Origin: an uncultured Chloroflexia bacterium
Lineage (GTDB): Bacteria > Chloroflexota > Limnocylindria > QHBO01
Direction: 5' to 3'
DNA: 64,000 nucleotides
NCBI GenBank assembly: GCA_963827475.1
Contig: CAWHAZ010000005.1
Location: 800,001 to 864,000 of the forward strand
Shown here in pieces: positions 46,969 through 60,651 of this stretch (positions are counted from its first letter, which is position 1; every line of letters begins with the position of its first letter). The notes under the pieces are model-generated. The model was not told the origin of the DNA and searched no databases. It saw nothing but the letters and a program-made list of their open reading frames with translations. A program made the position numbers and the translations under genes.

Positions 46969-47905
46969 CTCGGCGCATGACGAGGCCGATCCGACCAATC
47001 GGCGGGCGGGGATCGGCGTAGGTCTTCACCTTCGGGTCGTCCGGACTGGTCTCGCCCGGGTCCCAGGTCCGGTTCTGCGACTCGAAGCTCACCTCCGCCA
47101 GCTGCGGCCAGCGCTCGAGGATGCGTCCGCCGATCTCGTGGACGAGGTGCTGGATCGACAGGCTCACGAACTCATGGAAGACCGATGCGGCCACGTCGGC
47201 GACCTGGTCGCCGGCGACGTATCGGCCGGGATCGATCCCCAGGGCGTCGGCGGCATCTGCGTACCGCCAGCCGATGTCCATCCAGGTGAACAGGGCGCGA
47301 TCCGGCCGCTCGGGGAGGGTCGTGTGCTCGTCGCGGGCGAAGTCGGCGAACGACGAGCCGGTGATCTTGATCAGCTGGAGGTCCTCACGCCCGCAGGCGA
47401 GATCGGTCAGCCGGACCGAACCGTCATCGGTCAGCTCCAGGTCCAGGCGGGCCGTGGACCGGTCGTTGCGGTCCCGGGCGAAGAGCACCTCGGACCCGAC
47501 GAACCCGTCGCCGTCCTCGGCCGGGACCGTCGACGCGGGGAACGGGAGCTCACGGCCGAGCATCGTGATCTGCTCCATGTGGGGATAGGTGTCCAGGAAC
47601 GCCCGACCGACGTGGTCGAGCCAGCCCTCGAGGGTGGGGGAGGGGTTCGACGCCGACGCGGCGTGGATGAAGTTCTTCATCGTGTCGGTCGCCACCACCC
47701 GGCGGTTGTCGCCCTCGGTGTACGACTCGAGGAAGCCCTGGCCGCGGACCTGGATCTCGACCTCGGCCGCCATCAGGATGTTGTCGCGGCCGGTGAACGG
47801 CGACTCGGGGACGGGCGTCACCCCGGTCAGCGGCGTCCCGTGGGTGCGGTACACGTTGACCTCCGCCTTGCCGTAACGGATCTCGTAGCTGGTCGCGTCC
47901 GTCAT
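46964..47905 (-). CDS. pucL: urate oxidase (cofactor-independent uricase)
   Basis: YGK..V, VVATDTMKN, F..F.RDE.TTLPE..DR, SIQH. Confidence 0.92.
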   Translation of the reverse strand: MTDATSYEIRYGKAEVNVYRTHGTPLTGVTPVPESPFTGRDNILMAAEVEIQVRGQGFLESYTEGDNRRVVATDTMKNFIHAASASNPSPTLEGWLDHVGRAFLDTYPHMEQITMLGRELPFPASTVPAEDGDGFVGSEVLFARDRNDRSTARLDLELTDDGSVRLTDLACGREDLQLIKITGSSFADFARDEHTTLPERPDRALFTWMDIGWRYADAADALGIDPGRYVAGDQVADVAASVFHEFVSLSIQHLVHEIGGRILERWPQLAEVSFESQNRTWDPGETSPDDPKVKTYADPRPPIGRIGLVMRRG

Positions 47906-48423
47906 ACGGCACCTCCCGGCATGCTGCGCAGGTAGTGGAGCCGGTTGGCGGCGATGGCGAGCGAGTCGTCCAGGGCCCGTCGCAGCTCGTCCGCCCGATC
48001 GCGGCCGAGTGCGGCCTCGAACTCGGGAATGAGCTCGTCCCGAGACCGGCCGGCCACGTACACCAGGTAGCGGAAGCCGAACCGCTCCTCGTAGGCGGCG
48101 TTCAGCTTGGCCAGCCGGCGATCCACGTCGTCCGCGGCCGTTCCCTGCTCGCGGCGCGACGCGTCCGACAGGCTGCTGCGGGCTCCCAGGCGCGGATGGG
48201 CGTTCAGGAGCTCGACCTGGTCCGGCTCCGCCATGCGATGGGCGACACGGGACGCGGCCTTCAGCAGATCCTCGTCGGAGGCGAAGGGCCGGGCCGCCGC
48301 CAGCCACGCCCCGAAGCGGGGAGCCCGCTCGAAGAGCATGGCGATCGCCTCCAGGAACGACGGCACCGACACCTCGTTCAGCTCTCCGACGGTCGGGAAT
48401 GGGGCCGTTCGGGCCTCGGCCAT
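47902..48423 (-). CDS. uraD: OHCU decarboxylase
   Basis: LFE..P, ARPF.S, AHPRLG, S..EQ, LN.AYE.RFGF.Y...V.G, EL..A......IA..RL. Confidence 0.9.
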   Translation of the reverse strand: MAEARTAPFPTVGELNEVSVPSFLEAIAMLFERAPRFGAWLAAARPFASDEDLLKAASRVAHRMAEPDQVELLNAHPRLGARSSLSDASRREQGTAADDVDRRLAKLNAAYEERFGFRYLVYVAGRSRDELIPEFEAALGRDRADELRRALDDSLAIAANRLHYLRSMPGGAV

Positions 48424-48429
48424 CAGCGA

Positions 48430-48795
48430 TCAGCTGCCCCGGTACACGGTGGCCCCGTACGGAGCCAGGAGCAGCGGGACGTGGTAGCTCCGCTTCGCAT
48501 CGGTCACCCGGAGGGCCACCGCCAAACCCTGGAGGAATGCCTCGTCGTCGTCGCGGTAGTCGGCGAAGTCGAACAGGAGCTGGTAGTCGCCCGCGGTCAG
48601 CTCGCCGCCCACCAGGTCGGCAATCCGCCCGTCGGAATCGGTCTCGCCCTCGTTGAGGACCTCGAACTCGTCATCGCCACCCCGTCGGAACAGGACCACG
48701 CCGATGCCGGCCGCGGGCGTCCCGGACTCGACGTCGAGGACGTGGGTGGAGATGGTCGGGCGCTTCGGATCGGCCTTCGCTTGGCGGGCGGCCAC
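48430..48795 (-). CDS. uraH: 5-hydroxyisourate hydrolase
   Basis: STHVLD...G.PA, T..DGR, YHVPLLL.PYG...YRGS. SD GGAGG precedes GTG 48795. Confidence 0.95.
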   Translation of the reverse strand: MAARQAKADPKRPTISTHVLDVESGTPAAGIGVVLFRRGGDDEFEVLNEGETDSDGRIADLVGGELTAGDYQLLFDFADYRDDDEAFLQGLAVALRVTDAKRSYHVPLLLAPYGATVYRGS

Positions 48796-48875
48796 GGCGT
48801 CCTCCTGTCCGGTGTCGCTCGGCCTCGGGCGATATCCTTGGTCGGCAGCCGAACGCAGCAAGGGGAGCATGCCAC

Positions 48876-49253
48876 ATGACCAGTCCCGATCGGTTCATGG
48901 TCCAGCGGATGGGTGCCGAGGACGGGCCGTACTCCGCAGCGGACCTCCAGGCGCAGGTCCTTGCCGGATCGGTCAAGAGCGACACGATGCTCCGCCGAGC
49001 CGACGTGGAGGGGAGCTGGTTCCGGGCGGCGGAGGTGCCCGGCCTGTTCTCGGAGAAGGAATGGATCGTCGCGCTCCTCCTCTCGGCATTCCTCGGCACG
49101 TTTGGCATCGACCGCTTCTACCTCGGCTACACCGGCCTCGGCATCCTGAAACTGATCACCCTCGGCCTGTGCGGGATCTGGTGGATCATCGACCTGGTGC
49201 TGATCGCGGTCGGGAACATGAAGGACTCGAAGGGCCTCACCCTGCGCCGATGA
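48876..49253 (+). CDS. GYF_2-like plus TM2-domain membrane protein
   Basis: GPYS..L......G.V..DT.......W..A.EVP.L, then K....A.LLS.FLG.FGIDRFYLG..G.G.LKL.T.G..GIW..IDL. Confidence 0.8.
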   Translation: MTSPDRFMVQRMGAEDGPYSAADLQAQVLAGSVKSDTMLRRADVEGSWFRAAEVPGLFSEKEWIVALLLSAFLGTFGIDRFYLGYTGLGILKLITLGLCGIWWIIDLVLIAVGNMKDSKGLTLRR

Positions 49254-49621
49254 GGGATCTCGCGATCCTTCGGCGCCTCGCCGCCGCGGCGCTTCTCGCG
49301 TCGGTCGCGATCCCGTCCGAGGTCGTGGAGGGTGGACCGGCGCTCTGCCCGTTCCGGGCCGCGACCGGCCTGCCCTGCCCCTCCTGCGGCATGAGCCGGT
49401 CCTGGAGCGCCATGGGTCACGGTCGCCTCCGTGATGCGTCCACCTTCCACCTGATGGGACCGATCACCTTCGTGGCGGCCGCAGGCCTGGTCGTCGCTGG
49501 AGACGAGCGCGTGTCGCGGGCCATCGAAGGTCGGCCCTCGTCGCGTCCCCTGATCGGCGCGCTGGCGACCGCATGGGTCGGGGCGTGGCTCTGGCGCCTG
49601 GCGCGAGACACCCGTGCCTGA
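49250..49621 (+). CDS. DUF2752-family membrane protein
   Basis: [19 protein letters not shown]. Confidence 0.85.
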   Translation: MRDLAILRRLAAAALLASVAIPSEVVEGGPALCPFRAATGLPCPSCGMSRSWSAMGHGRLRDASTFHLMGPITFVAAAGLVVAGDERVSRAIEGRPSSRPLIGALATAWVGAWLWRLARDTRA

Positions 49622-50030
49622 CCTGAAGATCACGGTCGGCGATCTGGTGTTCGCCGCCCGCTGGGAGGACGCGGCCCCGAAGACCCGCGCCGCACTGGGC
49701 CCGTGGCTCCCGATCCGGTCGCAGCTGATCCACTGCCGGTGGAGCGGGGAGGGAACCTGGATCCCGTTCGGCGACCAGCGGCCGGACGTCGGGTACGAGA
49801 ACCACACCTCGCACCCGGCACCCGGGCAGCTGCTGATCTACACCGGCGACCTGTCCGAGTGCGAGATCCTCTTCCCCTACGGGGCGTGCGCCTTCTCGAG
49901 CAAGCTCGGTCAGCTGGCCGGCAACCACTTCGCCACGGTGGTGACCGGCAGCGAGCAGCTCCGGGAGCTCGGCCGTCGCGTCCTGTGGGAAGGCGCCCAG
50001 GACATCGAGATCACCGAAGGGACCGATTGA
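49614..50030 (+). CDS. DUF3830-family protein (cyclophilin-like fold)
   Basis: AP.T, IH.RWSGE..W.P, ENHTSHP.PG....Y.G..SE.EIL..YG...[11 protein letters not shown]. Confidence 0.8.
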   Translation: MPDLKITVGDLVFAARWEDAAPKTRAALGPWLPIRSQLIHCRWSGEGTWIPFGDQRPDVGYENHTSHPAPGQLLIYTGDLSECEILFPYGACAFSSKLGQLAGNHFATVVTGSEQLRELGRRVLWEGAQDIEITEGTD

Positions 50031-51417
50031 CCGACCTGGTCGTCACCGGCGGCACGGTCGTCACCGCCCAGCGGTCGTTCGACGCCGACGTGGCGGTGAC
50101 GGATGGACGGATCAGTGCGGTCGGCCCGGATCTGGCGCGCGAACCGGGGATCGAGGTGCTGGATGCCACCGGCCTCCTCGTCCTTCCCGGGTGCGTGGAC
50201 GTCCATACCCACACCCGGCTGCCGACCGAAGACGAGCCGGATCGGTTCTTCCAGGACAGCGTCGCCGCCGCGTTCGGTGGCACGACGACGTTCCTCGCCT
50301 TCAACAACCCCGGCACGGGCATCTCGGAGGAGGGATCGCGGTCGCTCCTGGCCGGCCTGCGCGAGTTCGGGGCGAGGACCGAAGGGGAGTCGGCGGTCGA
50401 CTTCGGCCTGAGCGCGGTGATCACCGGCCAGCAGCCGGATCCCGCAGGCCGAGCTTCCCGAGCTCATCGCCTCAGGCGTTCCGACCGCCAAGGCATTCAT
50501 GGTCTTCGACTTCCGCCTGACCGATGACCGGCTGTTCGCCGCCCTCCAGGCCATGGGCCGCCATGGCGGCATGCTCCAGGTCCACTGCGAGAACGCGACG
50601 ATCATCGACGCCCTGACGGCCGAGGCCCTCGCCCGCGGCAACGTCGCCTGTCGCTACCACGCGTTGACCCGCCCCACCTACGCCGAGGCGGAGGCCACCC
50701 ACCGTGCCATCGCCCTGGCCGAGGCCGCGGACGCATCGGTCTACATCGTCCATCTCTCCTGCGCCGACGCTCTCGCCGAGGTCGCCACCGCCAAGGCGCG
50801 GGGATTGCCGGTGTACGCGGAAACGTGCCCGCATTACCTGACCCTGACCGAGGACCGATACGCCCCGGCCGACGAGGCCGAGGTGATCAAGTCGGTCATC
50901 TCGCCGCCCCTCCGCCCGGAGGCGGATCGCCAGGCCCTGTGGCTCGGCCTGGCGCGCGGCGGGCTCGACCTGGTCGGCAGCGACCACGTCCCGGACCGCC
51001 TGGCGGTCGAAAAGCGCGTGCCGGCCCCGCCGTTCCCGCAGATCTCAAACGGCGCGCCGGGGATCGAGACCCTGCTCTCGGTCGTCTACGCGGAGGGCGT
51101 GGGCAGGGGCCGGATCACCGTCGAGCGGATGGTCGACCTGCTGTCGACCGCGCCGGCGCGCCTGTTCGGACTGCCGACGAAGGGCGCGATCGAGGTCGGG
51201 CGCGACGCGGACCTCGTCCTGTTCGATCCCGTCGCGGATCGGACCATCCGTCAGGTCGATCTGCACCACACCAGCGACTTCACGCCGTTCGAGGGCCTTG
51301 CGGTTCCGGGCAGCGTCCGATCGGTCCTCGTCCGCGGCCGGCGCGTCGTCGAAGCAGGAGCGTTCGTCGGAGAGCGCCGCCACGGCCGGTTCGTGGAGCG
51401 GTCGCTGGGGATCACCG

Positions 51418-53008
<1,591 letters not shown>

Positions 53009-53037
53009 GGGCGCAGCCTACGCCAGCGCCGGGCCGC

Positions 53038-53643
53038 TCATCGGTCCTCGCCGGGCCGGCGAAGGGCCTTGGGCCGGCGGCCGGCGGCGGATTCCTCGAT
53101 CAGGGTCGCCAGCCTTCGGGCGCGGGTTGCCTCTTGCTTGGCAGACAAGATCCAGAACGCGGCTCCCTTGCGGTAGCTGGCCCGCTGGGCTTCCCAGTAC
53201 GCCCAGGCGGCGGGGTTCGCCTGGATCCGTGCCTCGAGCTCGGGTGGCATCTGCTGACGCAGCGGGTGGTCCCGCATGTACGGCGCGTCCTTCGATCGAT
53301 CGCGCTCCTCGAAGGCCCTGAGTCCGGTCGGGTGCATGCGGCCGGCAGACTTCAGCTCGGCCACCTTGGCGATGTTCGGCGCGCTCCAGCTGCTGCCCTT
53401 CCGACGAGGCGTGTAGCGGTTGGCATGGACCTCGTCGTCGATCCGGTAGGTGAGCCCATCGATCCAGCCGAAGCACAGGGCCTCCTCGACGGCCTGCGGA
53501 TAGGTCATCGCGGCCTTGCCCGTGCTCTTGCGGTAGTACCCGACCCACAACTGATCGACGGTTTCGTGGTTCTCTTCCAGCCAGGCCCGGAACGCGGCTG
53601 TCGTCGGGAAGACCGTCACCTCGTCGCGCGTCGGCCTGCGCAT
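53038..53643 (-). CDS. YdeI/OmpD-associated family protein
   Basis: FR.WL..NH, AV.EALCFGWIDG, TPRR..S.WS..N, AK.E.TR.RRL. Confidence 0.9.
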   Translation of the reverse strand: MRRPTRDEVTVFPTTAAFRAWLEENHETVDQLWVGYYRKSTGKAAMTYPQAVEEALCFGWIDGLTYRIDDEVHANRYTPRRKGSSWSAPNIAKVAELKSAGRMHPTGLRAFEERDRSKDAPYMRDHPLRQQMPPELEARIQANPAAWAYWEAQRASYRKGAAFWILSAKQEATRARRLATLIEESAAGRRPKALRRPGEDR

Positions 53644-53716
53644 CGGTCAGGCGCGTCGTACCATACGCCGCCGCAATCCTCGCGGACCGCAGGTGCCTAG
53701 TGGAGAGAAGCCGTCC

Positions 53717-53968
53717 ATGCCGCTCTATCTTGACACCCACAACCACGTTCCCGGCCTGACCGGGGAGGCGGTCGCGCAGGCGCACGCCCGCGACGTCGAG
53801 GTCCAGGGCAAGTACGGCGTGTCGTACCTGCGCTACTGGTATGACGAGGCGACGGGGAAGGTCTACTGCCTGGTCGAGGCGCCGAGCCCGCAGGCGGCCG
53901 AGGACGTGCATCGTGAGGCCCACGGGCTGCTGGCGGACATCATCCAGGAGGTCACCGAGGGGGCCTAG
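53717..53968 (+). CDS. DUF4242 / SCO4226-like nickel-binding protein
   Basis: MP.Y.D.H, AH..D..VQ.KYGV....YW.DE..G..YCL.EAP, VH..AHGL....I.EV. Confidence 0.85.
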   Translation: MPLYLDTHNHVPGLTGEAVAQAHARDVEVQGKYGVSYLRYWYDEATGKVYCLVEAPSPQAAEDVHREAHGLLADIIQEVTEGA

Positions 53969-56718
53969 GCGGCACCCGCGGACATCGCAGCGCCCAGCAC
54001 GGCGTCGAGCGAGGAGCGCCGTCCGTCGCCTCGCAGCCCGGTGAAGGCGTCCCCGAGGCGGCTCTGCAGGGCGGAGATGAGCTGATCGCGCTCCGCGGCA
54101 TCCGCCGGCGGGAGCGATGCGCCGATCGCGTCGCGTTGGGCGTCGGCGTAGCCCAGGAGCCGCGCCGCCCGTTCGGGGTCGGACAGGACGAGCAGGCGCG
54201 CGATGCGGTCGCAGGCGGCGGCCAGCCCGGCCCGGTCACCGAGCCGGCTCCGTTCATCGATGCTCAACCGATACATCCGTTCCGCCTCCGCCAGGTCGCC
54301 CTCGACGGCGACGATGTCGCCGAGGAACATCAGGGTGCGAGCCACGCCTCGACCATCGCCGAAGCGGCGGTACAGCTCGAGCGCCTCCTCGTGCTTGGCC
54401 CGGGCCTCGGCCGCGTCTCCGACCTGGAGGCTGAACGTCGCATCCCGACCGAGCGCAATGGCCAATCCAATCGGATCGCCCGTCGATCGGACGATCGCGA
54501 CCGCCTCGTCGAAGAGCCGCCGTGCTTCCGCCCGGTCCCCCTGGCGGGCGGCGACATCGGCCAGGTTCAGCACACCAAAGGCCACCCCTGGCGCGTCCGG
54601 CGTCTGCCGGATGAGGGCGATCCCCTCCTCGTAGAGATCCCGTGCCCGCTCGAAATCCCCACGTTCCACGCAGACGTTGGCGAGGTTGGTGCACGCGTAC
54701 GCCGTGGCGTGCGCCTTGCCGATCTCCCGCTGGATCGTGAGCGCCCCCTCGTAGGCCGTCAGGGCGGCGGCCAGGTCCCCCTGCTGGGACGCGAGGCTGC
54801 CCAGCCCGCTGAGCGCATTCGCGCGCAGCTCGGACACCTCGCCGTCGGTCCGCGCCAGCGCGCGCGACAGCCACCCCCGGCCCTCGGCCAGGTGGCCCTC
54901 CATCTCCCAGTAGCGCCAGAGGTTGCCGGCGAGCCGCAGCTCCTCGGGGGCACCGGCCGGGTCGTCGTCGGTCCACTGGAGCGCGGCGCGCACGTTCTCG
55001 TGGTCAGCCGCGATGCGAGCCGCGGCATCCGCGGCCTGCGGGCCGGCAAAGAGCAAGGGCGCAGTGCGTTCGACCAGGCTGAGCATGTACGACCGGTGTC
55101 GTTCTCGAATCGCGCTCGCCGGGTCGCTCTCCAGGAGCCGCTCCTGCGCGTATTGCTGAACCGTGTCGAGGAGCCGGTAGCGCGCCTCGGCGGGTGTTTC
55201 CTCGAGGACCACCAGGGATCGGTCGATGAGGCGGCTGAGCAGGTCCAGGGCGTCGCCCCGGGCCACGAGCCCGCCTTCGCACACGCTCTCGACCGCTTCG
55301 AGGCCGAACGTGCCGGCGAACACCGACAGCCGCACGAACAACTCTCGTTCGGCATCGGTCAGGAGCTCGAAGCTCCAGTCCATGGCCGCCTTCAGCGTCC
55401 GGTGGCGGGGCAGCGCCATGCGGCTGCCACCGGTCAGGAGACGGAAGCGGTCGTCCAGGCGAGTGGCGATCTGCTCGGGGGGCAGTGACTTGACTCGCGC
55501 TGCGGCAAGCTCGATGGCGAGCGGGATGCCATCCAGCCGGCGACAGATCTGGGCGACGGCCGCGGCATTCTGCTCGGTGAGCGTGAAGGCTGGCTGGACG
55601 GCTTTCGCGCGGTCCACGAAGAGTTGGCCGGCCTCGGCCTGAGCGACGTCAACCGCCGATACCTCGGCTCCACGGGCTGGGAGGTCGAGGGACGGCACCG
55701 GGTAGAGGCTCTCGCCGGCCATGCCCAGCGCTTCCCGGCTGGTGACGAGGATGCGCAGCTGGTCGCAGGCGCGCAGGAGCTCGTCGGACACGGCGGCCAC
55801 CGACTCCAGGACGTGGTCGCAGTCGTCGAAGAAGAGGAGGATGCGCCGCTCGCCGATGTGCTGCGCGAGCGTGCGGAGAATCGGGACGCCGGGCTGCTCC
55901 TTGACGCGAAGCGTTGAGCCCACGGCCTCCGGGATCAGTGAGCCATCTCCGAGCGCTGCGAGGTCGATGACCCATGCTCCATCGGGAAACCGGTCCATCG
56001 CGCTGGCAGCGGCCTCCAGCGCGAGGCGGGTCTTGCCAACTCCGCCCGGGCCGACGAGCGTGAGCAGCGGGGTCGTGCCCAGCTGCTCGGTCACCGCCGC
56101 GAGGGATTCGGCACGGCCGACGAAGGTCGACAGTTGGCGCGGGAGGTTGTTCGGCCAGTTGTCCAGCGAGCGCAGCGGCGGAAACTCGGTCGGCATGTCG
56201 GACGCGGTCGCCTGGAACACCCGCTCGGGGCGATCGAGGTCCTTCAGACGGTGCTCCCCCAGGTCGCGCAGGGTGGTGTCGGCGGGCGCAGCCCCTCCCA
56301 GCAGCTCGTGGGTCGTGACCGAGACGAGCACCTGTCCCCCGTGACCCGCAGCGCAGATCCGGGCCGCTCGATGGACGTCGATCCCCACCAGCTGCGCGTC
56401 GGAGGAGACGGGCTCCCCGGTGTGGATGCCCATCCGCGCCTCCACTTCCGCGTCCTGGGGCCACCGATGCGTCCGAAGCGCGCGTTGGGCGTCAAGGGCG
56501 GCGATGAGGGCACCACGCGCCGTCGGGAAGGAGTAGAACAGGCCATCCCCCGCGGTGTCGATGAGCGTCCCGCTCTGGGGAGCCGCCGCCTCGTGCATGA
56601 GACGGCGGTAGTCCGCCAGGACGGCTGAGTAATCCGCGCCGAGCGCCGCGAGCAGCCGCGTCGAGCCCGCCACGTCAGCGAAGAGAAGCGTGACGGTCCC
56701 GGACGCGGACTGGGTCAT
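53965..56718 (-). CDS. class III cyclase, NB-ARC-like ATPase, winged helix and TPR protein
   Basis: FADVAGST, AGDG, RMGIHTGE, DVHRAAR, NNLP...FVGR, GPGGVGKT, LDGIPLAIELAAAR, DWSF.LL, TPR tail. Confidence 0.9.
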   Translation of the reverse strand: MTQSASGTVTLLFADVAGSTRLLAALGADYSAVLADYRRLMHEAAAPQSGTLIDTAGDGLFYSFPTARGALIAALDAQRALRTHRWPQDAEVEARMGIHTGEPVSSDAQLVGIDVHRAARICAAGHGGQVLVSVTTHELLGGAAPADTTLRDLGEHRLKDLDRPERVFQATASDMPTEFPPLRSLDNWPNNLPRQLSTFVGRAESLAAVTEQLGTTPLLTLVGPGGVGKTRLALEAAASAMDRFPDGAWVIDLAALGDGSLIPEAVGSTLRVKEQPGVPILRTLAQHIGERRILLFFDDCDHVLESVAAVSDELLRACDQLRILVTSREALGMAGESLYPVPSLDLPARGAEVSAVDVAQAEAGQLFVDRAKAVQPAFTLTEQNAAAVAQICRRLDGIPLAIELAAARVKSLPPEQIATRLDDRFRLLTGGSRMALPRHRTLKAAMDWSFELLTDAERELFVRLSVFAGTFGLEAVESVCEGGLVARGDALDLLSRLIDRSLVVLEETPAEARYRLLDTVQQYAQERLLESDPASAIRERHRSYMLSLVERTAPLLFAGPQAADAAARIAADHENVRAALQWTDDDPAGAPEELRLAGNLWRYWEMEGHLAEGRGWLSRALARTDGEVSELRANALSGLGSLASQQGDLAAALTAYEGALTIQREIGKAHATAYACTNLANVCVERGDFERARDLYEEGIALIRQTPDAPGVAFGVLNLADVAARQGDRAEARRLFDEAVAIVRSTGDPIGLAIALGRDATFSLQVGDAAEARAKHEEALELYRRFGDGRGVARTLMFLGDIVAVEGDLAEAERMYRLSIDERSRLGDRAGLAAACDRIARLLVLSDPERAARLLGYADAQRDAIGASLPPADAAERDQLISALQSRLGDAFTGLRGDGRRSSLDAVLGAAMSAGAA

Positions 56719-56990
56719 GCAGTGATGTCGGGATCGCCCGGCGGGTCGGCTGGGACCTCCGGCGGAACGGCGGCCTGCCGGTCGCGGACGAGCCGGATGA
56801 CCCACACCGTCGTCGCGATGGCGACCGCGCCGAGGAAGATCGCCCCGAACGTGAACAGCACCGAGCCGTTGGGGATGCCGCTCTCCACGAAGGCCATGCT
56901 CAGGAATGCCCACAGACCGATGAAGACCACGACGATGATGACCAGCACGAGGAGAATGCCCAGGACCCGCGAGCCGCGCGGCTCGATCAT
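56715..56990 (-). CDS. small two-TM hypothetical protein
   Basis: Two hydrophobic helices. ATGA-coupled to the cyclase. Confidence 0.6.
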   Translation of the reverse strand: MIEPRGSRVLGILLVLVIIVVVFIGLWAFLSMAFVESGIPNGSVLFTFGAIFLGAVAIATTVWVIRLVRDRQAAVPPEVPADPPGDPDITA

Positions 56991-56994
56991 CTGA

Positions 56995-57855
56995 CTACCA
57001 GCCTCCTTCTTCTCGGATGATGCGGCGGAGGACACGTCCCGCCACCAGCTTCCGATACTCCGCCGTGGAGCGGACGTCGTCGATGGGACTGATCTCGCCC
57101 TCGAGGGCGACGACCGCACTATCGGCGGTGGCCGCCACCGGATGCGTTCCGTTCAACGCCGCCTCGGTGGCGTGGGCCCGAACCGGAGTGGCGGCGACGG
57201 ACCCGAGGGCCAGCCGGGTGTCGTGCCACTCCCCGTCCTCCCCGGTCAGCCAGGACAGGGCCATGACCACCTTGCTGATCGCCTGCGCTCGCCGCGTACC
57301 GACCTTGCGGAACCGGACGTGGCGACGGGGGAGGAGCGGCACGCGGACGCGCAGGACGAGCTCGTCGTCGCGGCGAGCGGTCTCCCGGTAGGCGGTGAAG
57401 AACTGCGCGGCGGGCACGGAACGCTCGCCGGCGGCACTGCCGAGCACGATCTGGCCGTCGGTGGCGAGCCAGACGGGCAGGGTGTCCCCGGCGGGGGAGG
57501 CGTTGGCCAGGTTGCCGCCGACCGTGCCCCGGTTCTGGATCTGCGCCGCGCCGATGGTCGCGGACGCGGCTGCCAGGGCCGGCAGCAGCTCGCCCACCAG
57601 CGGCGACGTGCGCAGGTCGGTGTACGTGGTGAGCGCGCCGATCACGAGCTCGTCGCCCTCGAGGTTGATGCCCCGCAGCTCCTCCAGTCCCCAGATGTTC
57701 AGGACGCGGTCCGGCGCCGGACCGAGCTCGCCCGTGATCTGGACCAGCAGGTCCGTCCCTCCGGCAACCGGCCGCCAGGCTGCCCCACCATCGGCCAGCA
57801 GCCGATAGGCATCGGTCAGGGAGGTCGGTGACTCGACGGGCGGCTCGACCGGCAT
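56995..57855 (-). CDS. xanthine dehydrogenase family FAD subunit
   Basis: AGGTDL, QIQNRGT.GGN...ASPAGD, PIDD.RST.EYR. Confidence 0.92.
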   Translation of the reverse strand: MPVEPPVESPTSLTDAYRLLADGGAAWRPVAGGTDLLVQITGELGPAPDRVLNIWGLEELRGINLEGDELVIGALTTYTDLRTSPLVGELLPALAAASATIGAAQIQNRGTVGGNLANASPAGDTLPVWLATDGQIVLGSAAGERSVPAAQFFTAYRETARRDDELVLRVRVPLLPRRHVRFRKVGTRRAQAISKVVMALSWLTGEDGEWHDTRLALGSVAATPVRAHATEAALNGTHPVAATADSAVVALEGEISPIDDVRSTAEYRKLVAGRVLRRIIREEGGW

Positions 57856-57862
57856 CGTTCCG

Positions 57863-58341
57863 CTACCCGACCGGTGGGCTGTTCGCCAGCCGCCGCTCGG
57901 CGGCGAGCACGATCGCGTCGATGATCTTCGTGTACCCGGTGCAGCGGCACAGGTTGCCGGCGATCGCCTCGCGGACCGCCTCCTCGGTGGGCTCGGCTCC
58001 AGACGCAAGGAAGGCCTCGCCCGCGATCAGCATGCCGGGCGTGCAGATCCCGCACTGGGCGCCCCCGGTCTCGAGGAACGCGGCCTGCAGCACGTTCAGG
58101 CCGTCGTCCGTGCCAAGGCCCTCCACCGTCTCGACCGACGCGCCGTCGGCCTGGCACAGCGGGACGAGGCACGCGTCGACCACCGCCCCGTCGAGCAGCA
58201 CCGAGCAGGCGCCGCACTCGCCCTCGCCGCAGCCCTCCTTGGTGCCGGTCAGCCCGAGGTCCTCGCGCAGGACGTCGAGCAGGCGGCGCATCCCGGGTGC
58301 CTCGACCTCCGAGGGCACACCGTTGACCGTCAGCCGGTAGG

Positions 58342-58345
<4 letters not shown>
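57863..58345 (-). CDS. xanthine dehydrogenase family 2x[2Fe-2S] subunit
   Basis: GTKEGCGEGECGAC, QCGICTPG, GNLCRCTGY. Confidence 0.95.
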
Positions 58346-60627
<2,282 letters not shown>

Positions 60628-60651
60628 GGCCGCATGGTATCCAGTCGCGAA

